Assembly (NCBI GenBank): GCA_001782075.1
Contig: MFNO01000037.1
Location: forward strand, 1 to 61,434
Length of the DNA: 61,434 nt
Origin: Candidatus Levybacteria bacterium RIFCSPHIGHO2_01_FULL_38_26
GTDB lineage: Bacteria; Patescibacteriota; Microgenomatia; Levybacterales; UBA12049
Direction of reading: 5' to 3'
Positions 1 through 8,972 of the stretch are shown here, piece by piece. The position numbers and the translations under genes are program-made. Positions within the stretch are counted from its first letter, which is position 1, and every line of letters begins with the position of its first letter. The notes beneath the pieces were generated by a model, which saw only the letters and a program-made list of their open reading frames with translations, did no database searches and was not told the DNA's origin.

Positions 1-88
1 AAATGCAGTTTTTGAGCTTCGGCAAAGTATTGCCAAGATTCCTCAAATTCCTCAAATCCTTTTTGCCCTAAAATTTCTTTCACCTTAT

Positions 89-116
89 TTGCAATTTTTA
101 AGTCGGGTGTTATAAG
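89..116 (+). promoter_or_regulatory. putative sigma70-type promoter for the giant AAA+ gene (TTGCAA-N16-TGtTATAAG)
   Basis: TTGCAA at 89-94 and TATAAG at 111-116, with TGT immediately upstream (extended -10). GGAG RBS and ATG at 128 follow. Confidence 0.3.
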
Positions 117-127
117 ATAAAGGAGAT

Positions 128-3100
128 ATGGAGCAGCCTATGCAGCAGGAAAGAGATAATCAGCAAAAAGCTCAATCTAGTGGCGAAGGAGAGTCTTCTT
201 TACCAGAACTAAAACTTACCGAGAGGCTCAAGTCTTCTGCGCCTCTTGTTCGGCTTCCTCAGAACATTGAATTTTCACCTGAAAAGGCTATTATTCAGCC
301 TTATGGTGAATACACAGTTGTACTAGGCCAAGGCGGGAACCAAATAGGCGTTATCGACAGCCAGGGAAGAAAAATTGATGAGCTGACAAATACAGAAGTT
401 TTGATTGCTGACTGGCGAGATTTGAGAAGGAATAGTAGCGGCGGTTATTATGGTGATCTAACAACTGGTCAAGGCGATTATTATAGCAAAAACGTCAGTG
501 GTCTTCCAGCGCGATTACGTCCGTATGCGGAGGAAATGATTAGACAAAACGGGGGCAAAAATATATTGATTCCACAGCAGACATGGAGGCTAGACACTCA
601 AGATATAGGTTCGATAAAAACAATAACGATCGGCGATAAGTATGTGCTGTTTGTTGATAAAGAAGGCTTGATAGCTTTTCAGGCAAAAAATGAGCAGGGG
701 GTTAATCTTCCTCCAAGAAATTGGAAAAGGTTAGATTCATTGGATAGCTGGATAAATAAGGTACCGCCGGAAATTAGAATAGCTGTAAATAATTCTAGAA
801 TAGAAGGTCTAAAATCTTTTATTCCTGATTCAGAGCGTGGTTTTGGAGTAAATGTACACGAAAATGATGTAAAAATAGTAAAATTCGGGAATCAGCCTGA
901 TAGCGAGTTATTTACGGATAGAATTAGAGGGGTAGATACTAATCTTTGCAGGGACCCAATTAATAAAAAAGTCTATTATTATTGTCAGAGCAATAATGCA
1001 GATACTTTAATAAAATTGGATACTACCCTGGATGATTCTAGCACGTGGCAGACGGAATCAGCAGAATTTCCTCAGAAATACGAAAATATTTCAAATCTTC
1101 AATTAGATCCAAGTGGAAATTTCTTTATGTTTCAATCAGGCGATTCTTATGTTTTTCTTGACAAAAATACGCTTCAAGAGGCAAAAAAGCTGCCAAAATT
1201 TTATAACGTTAAAGTTGACAGCGAGGGAAGACTCCGGGGAATTGATGCAAGGGGGCATCTGGTAATTTATGATGCGAATTTTCAGGAGGTAGCTCAAGCT
1301 GCCGAAAAAGCAAGAGTTGCGAGATTTGCACAGGGTTTGGCTGCTGGTTTATTCAAGAAAGAGGGAGAGGCTGCTCCAGCTAAGATTGACGTGGATCAAT
1401 TCCAGCATTTAGTTCCTGCAAAAACAGATTTTGAAACGCAATTTAATAATCAGCTTCAAACTATAAATAACCTGGATAATATTTCAGATATAAATCAAGC
1501 GCTAAACAGACTAAAATCTCGACTTTCCGGAGAGGGGTTAAAGCCTGATCAAATAGACTTTATTACCGGTGGAATTGCGGATTCGATTAGAGATAAGGAA
1601 GTAACGCTTGCCGCTCCTGTGATAGAGAATGACATCACAAGCCTTGATACGAAATTATCTTCTGGAAATCTTACCTTAGCAAGTATAGCTGAAGCAAGAG
1701 CTGATCTTGCAGAGCTAAAATCTCTTGAGGGACTGGCAGATGAAAATACGCGTTCGAAGATAACTGCTTTAGAATCAAGACTTGGTGAACAATCTGCAGA
1801 GCTTTTTAGAACTCAAGGCGCTGTCGTTGTGGAGCAGGCAAATGGTCTTGTCTCAGGCGTTCGAAATGAATTGGAACAAATGACAAGTATGCCGGCTTTT
1901 GCCGATTTTCAGGAATACAGACTTCCGCAACTCCTTTCAAGACTTGGGAGTCTGGCAAATGAGTGTCCTCTGGAGGCATCTGATATTCAAAGCGCAATCC
2001 TTTCTGCAAGAAGACAAATACAAGATCTATCAAGACAATACGAAAATACATTCAAAGAACATTATGCTCAAGTTCGGGAAAGAGCTTCGGAGGTCATGGG
2101 AGAAAGAGTAGAGCTATTAAGAACAGACGTTGATTCGTTTTTGGCTAGGTTGCGCGGCCGTGGATTTAAAGACAGAACGCAGGCGGAAACTTACATGAGA
2201 TCAAGCGAGTCTCTAGGGCTTCTGAGAACAGAAATAGAAGAGATGACAAGGCAAAATCCAGATATCTCACACGAGCTGGATAGGTATTTGAAAGTCCAGA
2301 TTGCAAACATAATGTCTGAGGTTGAAAGGGGAGGATTATCTACGGTTGCAGAGACAGGACAGCAAATGGAGCTTTTTGGAAAAACACTTTTCCTCAAATG
2401 GGAAGGACATGTGAAAGAGAAAACGCAGAAAAAAGTTGATCTTATTTTCATGGCAGAGGAAAGGACCAAGGGGCCAGGTATTCCGCCGGATCAGATCTAC
2501 GGTGATGTAGGACTTTCAGTTATTAATTCAAGAGGCGAAATGGAAAAAATAAGACTTTATGAAGGATGGGAGAAGGAAGATGCTGTCAGGTATGGAATCG
2601 AACCGTCAGTTCCTCCTTCGTATGTAAACTATGCCGAGTTTGGAAAAATAAGAAAAGACTATAATGACTGGAAACTTGGAGAAAATTCTGAAATCAGGAA
2701 AGGTCTTGATGATAAAGGTAATGAAGTTCGGGAAATTCGAAGAAAACTGCGTGAAGCAAAAGGTAATAGCCAGGAAGAAGAGACGCTCAGGGGTGAGTAT
2801 AAAAAAGCGCTTGATGATTATTTAGGTTTTTATGGAGAGAGACATTTATCTATTCTTCATCGTGTGGATCGTATAAAAAATGCTCCAGAATCTGAATATG
2901 AGAACGGAAAGGGATTTGTTCCTGAATGGGAGAGTCACTGGGTTGTTGACAACCAGACCGAAAAATATCTAGAAAATATGGCGGGTTCATTAAAGATGCA
3001 GATTGATCTTCAAGCAGATATTTTAAATTTGAAGGGGCACACAGGCACCGGTAAGGATCTATTGGTAAAAATGTTTGCCAACAGAACAAACAGGCCATAT

Positions 3101-3994
3101 TTTGCTATGGATTGTACCAAGTGGACAACTGAATTTGAGCTGTCAGAAGATGTTACGCTTGAATCAAAGGACGGTGCGTCGCAGACTGTAAAGGTGCCAT
3201 CAGTAGTACTAAATGCCATAACAACACCGGGTGCCATAATGTATTTTAATGAAATGAATGCGATGACTGAGCAGGCGCAAATATTTCTGCATGGTCTTAT
3301 GGATGAGAAAAGGACTTTGACTTTAAAGACAAGTTCTGGAAAGTCAGTAAAAGCGGATAAGGATGTTTTGCTGATAGGTTCAATGAATCCTGATTATCCA
3401 GGTACCTTTGCGCCTCAATTTGCAACAAGAGGAAGAATGGTTGAATTGGATATTGAATACCCCCCGCTTTATGGAGAAAGAGATCAGGGTGATACAAATC
3501 CGAATCGGCCTTTTAACTCTGCTGAGCCTTTGAGAATCGCAAGATCGGTAGACTCTTTATCTGATTTTACATATGAATCAAATCCTGAGTACAACGATTT
3601 TGTAAAGATTTGGGATAAAGAGGTGAATGGAGTCCAAAATGACGCGCCGGATCTGAATCCAACACAAAAATTTGATCTTGAAGTTATTCTCGCGCTTACT
3701 CAATTCGGAGACAAACTTCGAGAAGGATTTATGTTGAAATTTGATAAAGCGCGTGTTTCTGCGACTAGAGGGAATCTTTTGGTTAGTCAGCCGATATCAG
3801 GTAGGGAAATGAGGAGGTGCGCTTATATCCTTAGTAAAATGCCGGATGATCAAAAAGCAACAGCAGATCCTGAAGGAGTCGCAAGAGAATTGCTTGAGAA
3901 ATATTTCTTGACACATATTGACAATAGAGAGGAAAGAGGGCAGGTAAGAACTGCAATGGCTACTTGGACATCATCAAAAAGACCGGCTGCTTAA
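128..3994 (+). CDS. giant (1288 aa) protein with an unassigned N-terminal ~960 aa and a C-terminal AAA+ ATPase of the AAA_5 / MoxR / CbbQ-NorQ class
   Basis: Walker A GHTGTGKD (nt 3035-3058). Walker B-like IMYFNEMN (nt 3236-3259). The segment LLIGSMNPDYPGTFAPQFATRGRM aligns in my reading with the CbbQ/NorQ sensor region (SYNPGYQ...STRQRF). AGGAG RBS upstream. No signal peptide or TM segment is seen. Confidence 0.75.
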   Translation: MEQPMQQERDNQQKAQSSGEGESSLPELKLTERLKSSAPLVRLPQNIEFSPEKAIIQPYGEYTVVLGQGGNQIGVIDSQGRKIDELTNTEVLIADWRDLRRNSSGGYYGDLTTGQGDYYSKNVSGLPARLRPYAEEMIRQNGGKNILIPQQTWRLDTQDIGSIKTITIGDKYVLFVDKEGLIAFQAKNEQGVNLPPRNWKRLDSLDSWINKVPPEIRIAVNNSRIEGLKSFIPDSERGFGVNVHENDVKIVKFGNQPDSELFTDRIRGVDTNLCRDPINKKVYYYCQSNNADTLIKLDTTLDDSSTWQTESAEFPQKYENISNLQLDPSGNFFMFQSGDSYVFLDKNTLQEAKKLPKFYNVKVDSEGRLRGIDARGHLVIYDANFQEVAQAAEKARVARFAQGLAAGLFKKEGEAAPAKIDVDQFQHLVPAKTDFETQFNNQLQTINNLDNISDINQALNRLKSRLSGEGLKPDQIDFITGGIADSIRDKEVTLAAPVIENDITSLDTKLSSGNLTLASIAEARADLAELKSLEGLADENTRSKITALESRLGEQSAELFRTQGAVVVEQANGLVSGVRNELEQMTSMPAFADFQEYRLPQLLSRLGSLANECPLEASDIQSAILSARRQIQDLSRQYENTFKEHYAQVRERASEVMGERVELLRTDVDSFLARLRGRGFKDRTQAETYMRSSESLGLLRTEIEEMTRQNPDISHELDRYLKVQIANIMSEVERGGLSTVAETGQQMELFGKTLFLKWEGHVKEKTQKKVDLIFMAEERTKGPGIPPDQIYGDVGLSVINSRGEMEKIRLYEGWEKEDAVRYGIEPSVPPSYVNYAEFGKIRKDYNDWKLGENSEIRKGLDDKGNEVREIRRKLREAKGNSQEEETLRGEYKKALDDYLGFYGERHLSILHRVDRIKNAPESEYENGKGFVPEWESHWVVDNQTEKYLENMAGSLKMQIDLQADILNLKGHTGTGKDLLVKMFANRTNRPYFAMDCTKWTTEFELSEDVTLESKDGASQTVKVPSVVLNAITTPGAIMYFNEMNAMTEQAQIFLHGLMDEKRTLTLKTSSGKSVKADKDVLLIGSMNPDYPGTFAPQFATRGRMVELDIEYPPLYGERDQGDTNPNRPFNSAEPLRIARSVDSLSDFTYESNPEYNDFVKIWDKEVNGVQNDAPDLNPTQKFDLEVILALTQFGDKLREGFMLKFDKARVSATRGNLLVSQPISGREMRRCAYILSKMPDDQKATADPEGVARELLEKYFLTHIDNREERGQVRTAMATWTSSKRPAA

Positions 3995-4015
3995 TATTAG
4001 TTAAGAGGTTTAGAT

Positions 4016-7000
4016 ATGGATATGGATAAAGAAAGAGAGCCACAAAAACCTCCGCAAATAGATAAGTTTGCCCGCGAAAAAGTTTTTCTGGCAGGTCAGG
4101 CCTCAGAAGGAGGATTAAAAGTTTTGCCCGGCAAATCATGGTCTTTCCACTACCCAAATGGAGGAGAAGCAAAAAATGCGGCAATTTCCGGTTTGTTGTC
4201 CGGAGAAAAGAAACCTATCGATGTTACGGAGGATTTGAAGCCGGATGTGCTGATTTATGATGTTTCTACTCTTGAACAAGAAGGATTGCAATCGGTTGCC
4301 GGAAAAGTAAGAGATGTTTCTTCGTACGTTGCCCAATACGATTATCCAAGATTTGCTCAATTCGTATCACAGATGCACGGTACTGAGGTTACTCCTGATA
4401 CTGTTCAGGCTATTTATGATGGGATTGCTCAAAGTAGAATTCGTAAAAAAATGATTGACGCGTATGGTTTTACAGGTAGAAAACAGATAGAAGATGTGTT
4501 AAGGAGTGAGGCGGCAAGAACAGTTCAGCATATTGGGAGTCTTCCCAGAGTCCAAAAAGTATTGGAAGCTCTAAAAATGAATTGGCTGGCTGAAGATTTA
4601 CAACTTGCAAGAACAGAGCAGCGAGATCAAGTGATAGTTGAGCTTTCAGATGAAGAAAAAGAGCTTTATGGTCGGCTTAAAGAGCATTATCTAAATTACG
4701 TCAGAAGAGGAGATGAATCCGCTTATGAGGGTTTGGCAGGAGGAATTAAAGAAAATATTCCAAAGATTCAAAAAGAAGAAGAGCGAGCTGCTGATGAAAG
4801 TATGGAGAAGCTTGAACAGGAATTAGAAGAGTATAAGGATGAGGCTGTTCCTCCTGTGACACCGGGTGATCCTGCAATTCCACCTGATGATTCTGATGAA
4901 TATCACACGCCTCAAGTATCTCCATGGGAATCTAAGGAACAAGCAGCAGCGAGACCATATTTTGAAATAACGCCAAGCGGGTCAAGCACTAAACCGCTGA
5001 TAGGATATTATGCTTCGGGGCGAAAAAGTTACTATGATATTGAATCAAAAACATGGAGCAAGAAGAAACAGGTCTCATCATACAGCAAAGATATATCTAG
5101 CTCTGAAAGACAAACGATTTCCGGCACTACTGGTGGAGGATTAAAGTCTATTCCAATTCCTAACGGTTATGGACTGGCTGTGTCGTCTATTAAATTTAAC
5201 GGATCAAAACCAGAAATTTCGCGAGATCAAAATGGATGTTTTTACATTAATACGAGTGGTAACTGCAATTTTGAAGTAGATTTTTTGAAAGAAGATCCGA
5301 TTTTCGTTGGTTCTCCTGTAGAGAAAGATTCAGAAGAAATTTATAGAGGTGAATTGTCAACAGAGACAGAAGATGTGATCAGAAATGCGTCAGGAGGGTC
5401 GTTGGAAAAAGCAGAAACACTTCGTAATTACTTACTTTCCAAGCATTACTATCCGGGTGACGGGGATCTTAAAATGGCTCAGGCTCTGCAGTTGAAGCTT
5501 AGGAGAGATTCGACAGGAGATAATTACATCCAAAATCTTGATAAAAGTGAATATCTAGAGTGTTATTCGGCAAACACACTTTATATAGCCATGCTTAGGA
5601 AAGCTGGGATTTCATCGAGATTGGTCCTTGGCCATAGAGTCGAAAAAGCAATCGAAGGTAAAGCAACAATTGATTCAACGACCGGTCATGCGTGGTCAGA
5701 GGTTTGGGACGGATCAGCTTGGAGAAGGATGGATGCGACGCCCAAGCCAAAGCAACAAAAGCAAGATCAGGATCTGGATCAAACTACGCCTTCAGAGGAG
5801 GCAGAAGATAATGGAATAAATAGATCCTTCGACGAAGCTCAGGATAAACAAGATCGGGGGGGTCAAGATGAACAAGGTGAGTCACATTTTGATCAGGGTA
5901 ATAGATCTACGGACCCTTTGCAAATGGAAGAGGCCTCAGATCAGGATGTCTCACAAGGTGAGTCCGATCTGTCAAACGCTCAAGAATTTTCCGATAAGGT
6001 AAATAAAGAAAAACATTCTCTTGATCAACAGGTTCAGGATTCCCTTTCTTTCAAAGACTTGCAAAAGTTAGAACAAGATACTCAGGAATCTGATTTGTTT
6101 GATGATATGAAGGAGGATCTTCAGAAAAAGCTGGAATCAAAAGAGGAGCAAATGAAAGAGGAGATGAAAAAAAATCTTGATGAGATGGTTGAGGATGGAT
6201 TTTTGGATGAGGAGAGAAGGCAAGAACTTGAAGACCAGATCAACGAAAAGCTCCTAGAAGAATTAGATAGTCTTAAGCAGCAAATAGAGAAAGAAAACGT
6301 CATGTTTAGCGAGTACCAAGATATTAAAGAAGAAGTAATGCCGTTGGTTGATAATTGGTTTGAATATTTCGTTGAGAGACTTCCAAGACAAGAGGAGGTT
6401 GAATTGGATGAAGATTCTCTAACTCGCCAAGGCGCTTTTAATAGACATTCCGTCATGAAGCCAAGAAACTTACTTTTTGGAACTGTTAAAAACCCTCGTA
6501 TCATCAAACCATCTATTAAGCCGAAATTTTTAGCTGAAGCAGTTGTTGATGTAAGCGGATCAATGGCTGGAGAAAAACTTAATAGAGCAAGAAAGCTACT
6601 TGTCTTTTACAATGAACTTTTCTCAAGAATTGGCGATGAGTTTGGTTATATCAGATACGCAAATACTGTTTTTTCCGACACTGTAAAAGAGATAAAAACA
6701 TATGATCAGGAATATGATAGTCCAATAAGATATGATTGGGGTGACGGAGCCAAGTCGACTGTTAAGGTTCGATTGATGGAGTCGCTTATTGCAGGAGGAG
6801 GGACAGATATGCTTCCTGCTATCAAGAAAGCAGCCGGAGAATTAAATAAAGAGACTTTTGAATATCCTGATTATGCATCAGCGCTATATTTTATTGGTGA
6901 CGGAGGAGATACATCAGGAAATGCTCAGAGAATTAAAGAGTTTTTAAGGATAAACGAAGCAGAACATGGATTTGGAGAGCACATGCTGTCGGCAATAATG

Positions 7001-7150
7001 TTAGGGGATGAATCGCAAAGACAGGAGTTGGCAGCTATTTTTGGCGATGAGCATACTACCGTTGCGCCAGATTTCGATACACTAATCGAACAGAGTATGT
7101 ATAAATTCGATGAAGATATAGAAGACTATCTGAAAGATAAAACTATATAG
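4016..7150 (+). CDS. 1044-aa protein: unknown N-terminal domain, transglutaminase-like Cys-His-Asp core, D/E-rich coiled-coil linker, C-terminal von Willebrand A (MIDAS) domain
   Basis: Transglutaminase core ECYSANTLYIAMLRKAGISSRLV...GHAWSEVWDGSAWRRMDATP (Cys codon 5561, His 5687, Asp 5732). MIDAS motifs DVSGSM (from nt 6548), GGGTDM and IGDGGDT. Acidic low-complexity stretch at roughly nt 5740-6325. The ORF starts 22 nt after the AAA+ gene. Confidence 0.8.
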   Translation: MDMDKEREPQKPPQIDKFAREKVFLAGQASEGGLKVLPGKSWSFHYPNGGEAKNAAISGLLSGEKKPIDVTEDLKPDVLIYDVSTLEQEGLQSVAGKVRDVSSYVAQYDYPRFAQFVSQMHGTEVTPDTVQAIYDGIAQSRIRKKMIDAYGFTGRKQIEDVLRSEAARTVQHIGSLPRVQKVLEALKMNWLAEDLQLARTEQRDQVIVELSDEEKELYGRLKEHYLNYVRRGDESAYEGLAGGIKENIPKIQKEEERAADESMEKLEQELEEYKDEAVPPVTPGDPAIPPDDSDEYHTPQVSPWESKEQAAARPYFEITPSGSSTKPLIGYYASGRKSYYDIESKTWSKKKQVSSYSKDISSSERQTISGTTGGGLKSIPIPNGYGLAVSSIKFNGSKPEISRDQNGCFYINTSGNCNFEVDFLKEDPIFVGSPVEKDSEEIYRGELSTETEDVIRNASGGSLEKAETLRNYLLSKHYYPGDGDLKMAQALQLKLRRDSTGDNYIQNLDKSEYLECYSANTLYIAMLRKAGISSRLVLGHRVEKAIEGKATIDSTTGHAWSEVWDGSAWRRMDATPKPKQQKQDQDLDQTTPSEEAEDNGINRSFDEAQDKQDRGGQDEQGESHFDQGNRSTDPLQMEEASDQDVSQGESDLSNAQEFSDKVNKEKHSLDQQVQDSLSFKDLQKLEQDTQESDLFDDMKEDLQKKLESKEEQMKEEMKKNLDEMVEDGFLDEERRQELEDQINEKLLEELDSLKQQIEKENVMFSEYQDIKEEVMPLVDNWFEYFVERLPRQEEVELDEDSLTRQGAFNRHSVMKPRNLLFGTVKNPRIIKPSIKPKFLAEAVVDVSGSMAGEKLNRARKLLVFYNELFSRIGDEFGYIRYANTVFSDTVKEIKTYDQEYDSPIRYDWGDGAKSTVKVRLMESLIAGGGTDMLPAIKKAAGELNKETFEYPDYASALYFIGDGGDTSGNAQRIKEFLRINEAEHGFGEHMLSAIMLGDESQRQELAAIFGDEHTTVAPDFDTLIEQSMYKFDEDIEDYLKDKTI

Positions 7151-7160
7151 GATTCCCATA

Positions 7161-7189
7161 TTGCAAAACGGTTTTTTGTGTGCTAGGAT
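7161..7189 (+). promoter_or_regulatory. putative promoter for ftsZ (TTGCAA-N17-TGcTAGGAT)
   Basis: -35 at 7161-7166, extended -10 at 7181-7189, 17-nt spacer. Confidence 0.35.
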
Positions 7190-7206
7190 GGGTGTAATTA
7201 ACGCTT

Positions 7207-8307
7207 ATGCTTATAAAACCTCAGACTACAAATTTTGCCAAGCTTCGAGTAATGGGTGTTGGAGGAGGAGGAAATAATGCTCTCAACTCCATGATCTCCC
7301 AGTCCTCAATTCAGGGTGTTGAATTCGTGTCAGTCAATACTGACGCACAAGCTTTACTTCTTTGCCTGGCTTCTACAAAGCTTCAAATAGGAGAGAACTT
7401 AACAAAAGGTTTGGGATCTGGTGGAAATCCTGAGATAGGAAAACAAGCGGCTGAGGAATCATACGAGAAAATAAAAAAACTTATTGACGGGACAGACATG
7501 GTTTTTGTGACTGCCGGGATGGGAGGAGGAACAGGCACAGGCGCGACTCCTATAATCGCCAAGGCTGCCAAAGAGGTGGGAGCTTTGACTGTCGCTGTTG
7601 TTACCAAACCGTTTTCTTTTGAGGGGACACGCAGAATGGTTACGGCTGAAGATGGAATTGAAGGACTCAAAGACAAAGTGGATACGCTTATTGTTATACC
7701 GAATCAGAGAATTTTGGATGTTGTCGACAAAAAACTGTCGCTTATGGATGCATTCAAAGTCGCAGATTCTGTTTTGTCTCAAGGCGTGCAGGGAATATCA
7801 GATATTATCACTGTTCCAGGGCTTATAAATGTAGATTTTGCTGATGTAAAAACTATCATGTCAAACGCGGGATCGGCTCTGATGGGAATTGGTACGGGAG
7901 TTGGGGAGAATAGAGCTCAGACAGCGGCAAGGACTGCTATTGCATCTCCGCTTCTTGAGATATCCATGGATGGGGCAAGGGGAGTGTTGTTTAATGTATC
8001 AGGAGGAGGAGATTTGACGATGAGTGAAGTTGATGAGGCAGCGCAAATTATAGCCTCCGCTGCTGATCCTGACGCAAATATAATTTTTGGCGCGACCCTT
8101 GATGAATCAATGCATGACCAGATAAAAATTACGGTTATAGCCACAGGATTTGACCACTCAAGACAGACTTTTAGAGAATTTGTCGCTCCGCCAGCGCCTC
8201 AGAAAGAGGCGGCAAAAGAAGAACCGCAGCAGCCTCCTGTGCAGGAAAAGAAAGACGAAGGCGCAGATGTCTGGGACATCCCAGCATTTTTGAGGCAGAA
8301 GAATTAG
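7207..8307 (+). CDS. ftsZ: cell division GTPase FtsZ
   Basis: GVGGGGNNA and the tubulin signature [14 protein letters not shown]-terminal conserved peptide DIPAFLRQK. Confidence 0.97.
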   Translation: MLIKPQTTNFAKLRVMGVGGGGNNALNSMISQSSIQGVEFVSVNTDAQALLLCLASTKLQIGENLTKGLGSGGNPEIGKQAAEESYEKIKKLIDGTDMVFVTAGMGGGTGTGATPIIAKAAKEVGALTVAVVTKPFSFEGTRRMVTAEDGIEGLKDKVDTLIVIPNQRILDVVDKKLSLMDAFKVADSVLSQGVQGISDIITVPGLINVDFADVKTIMSNAGSALMGIGTGVGENRAQTAARTAIASPLLEISMDGARGVLFNVSGGGDLTMSEVDEAAQIIASAADPDANIIFGATLDESMHDQIKITVIATGFDHSRQTFREFVAPPAPQKEAAKEEPQQPPVQEKKDEGADVWDIPAFLRQKN

Positions 8308-8558
8308 GATTTTTCTTTATCAATTTTGTTTTTTAATTTTATAAACCTGAATAACCCCAAGATTAGAAGAAAAAATCCAATAGCTATTGGGATAATTGAA
8401 AAAACATATGCTATTTGTGTTTGTTCGAAGCGAATGATCAATGCCCCTGTTAGAAGAAAACCAAGACCTGTTCTGATATATGCCAAAAATGTTCTTTCAT
8501 TTGCCAGATGAGTTCTGTCTCTTGCCAGAGATTCCCGCAATGTTGAGTCTTCGGCCAT
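8304..8558 (-). CDS. DUF202 (YidH-like) small membrane protein
   Basis: Motif [20 protein letters not shown] followed by two hydrophobic helices. Confidence 0.65.
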   Translation of the reverse strand: MAEDSTLRESLARDRTHLANERTFLAYIRTGLGFLLTGALIIRFEQTQIAYVFSIIPIAIGFFLLILGLFRFIKLKNKIDKEKS

Positions 8559-8669
8559 AAATTTATTATATTCAACTCTTATCCATAAGACAAGTAGGCT
8601 TTGTTATCGAAAATACTATTAATTTTTTAAGTTTAAAGTTATAAATTATAAATTGAACATCGTAAATAT

Positions 8670-8966
8670 ATGCTTGAAGGAGAAAAAGCAACTGACCCGC
8701 AAGAAGCAGCAAGATTAGAAAATCAAATTTTGCAAACCAAAAAGATGATGGAATTGGTTAGGATTCGGATCATTCAGTCTCCTTACTTTTCGTATACTGA
8801 GCTCTTTCAGGACCCAAATGGTGGTTTTGAGGAAAGGATAATTGACGTGAAAGATTTAGACGTACTAGTTCATACTTATTTAAAATTAATAGATAATCAA
8901 AATGAAGCAAATAGAAATAGAAACGCAATTGGAACAGAAAAAGTTTTGTTTACAAAAAATTCTTAG
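8670..8966 (+). CDS. hypothetical protein (98 aa)
   Basis: ORF only. No motif recognised. Confidence 0.3.
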   Translation: MLEGEKATDPQEAARLENQILQTKKMMELVRIRIIQSPYFSYTELFQDPNGGFEERIIDVKDLDVLVHTYLKLIDNQNEANRNRNAIGTEKVLFTKNS

Positions 8967-8972
8967 CGTAGC

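Noticed and set aside
1-100. Possible 5' end of a minus-strand gene (…KVKEILGQKGFEEFEESWQYFAEAQKLH) running off the left edge
   Set aside because: The frame is open, but I could not find a convincing start codon and RBS. The region also carries the putative promoter of the giant AAA gene, so it is too uncertain to annotate.
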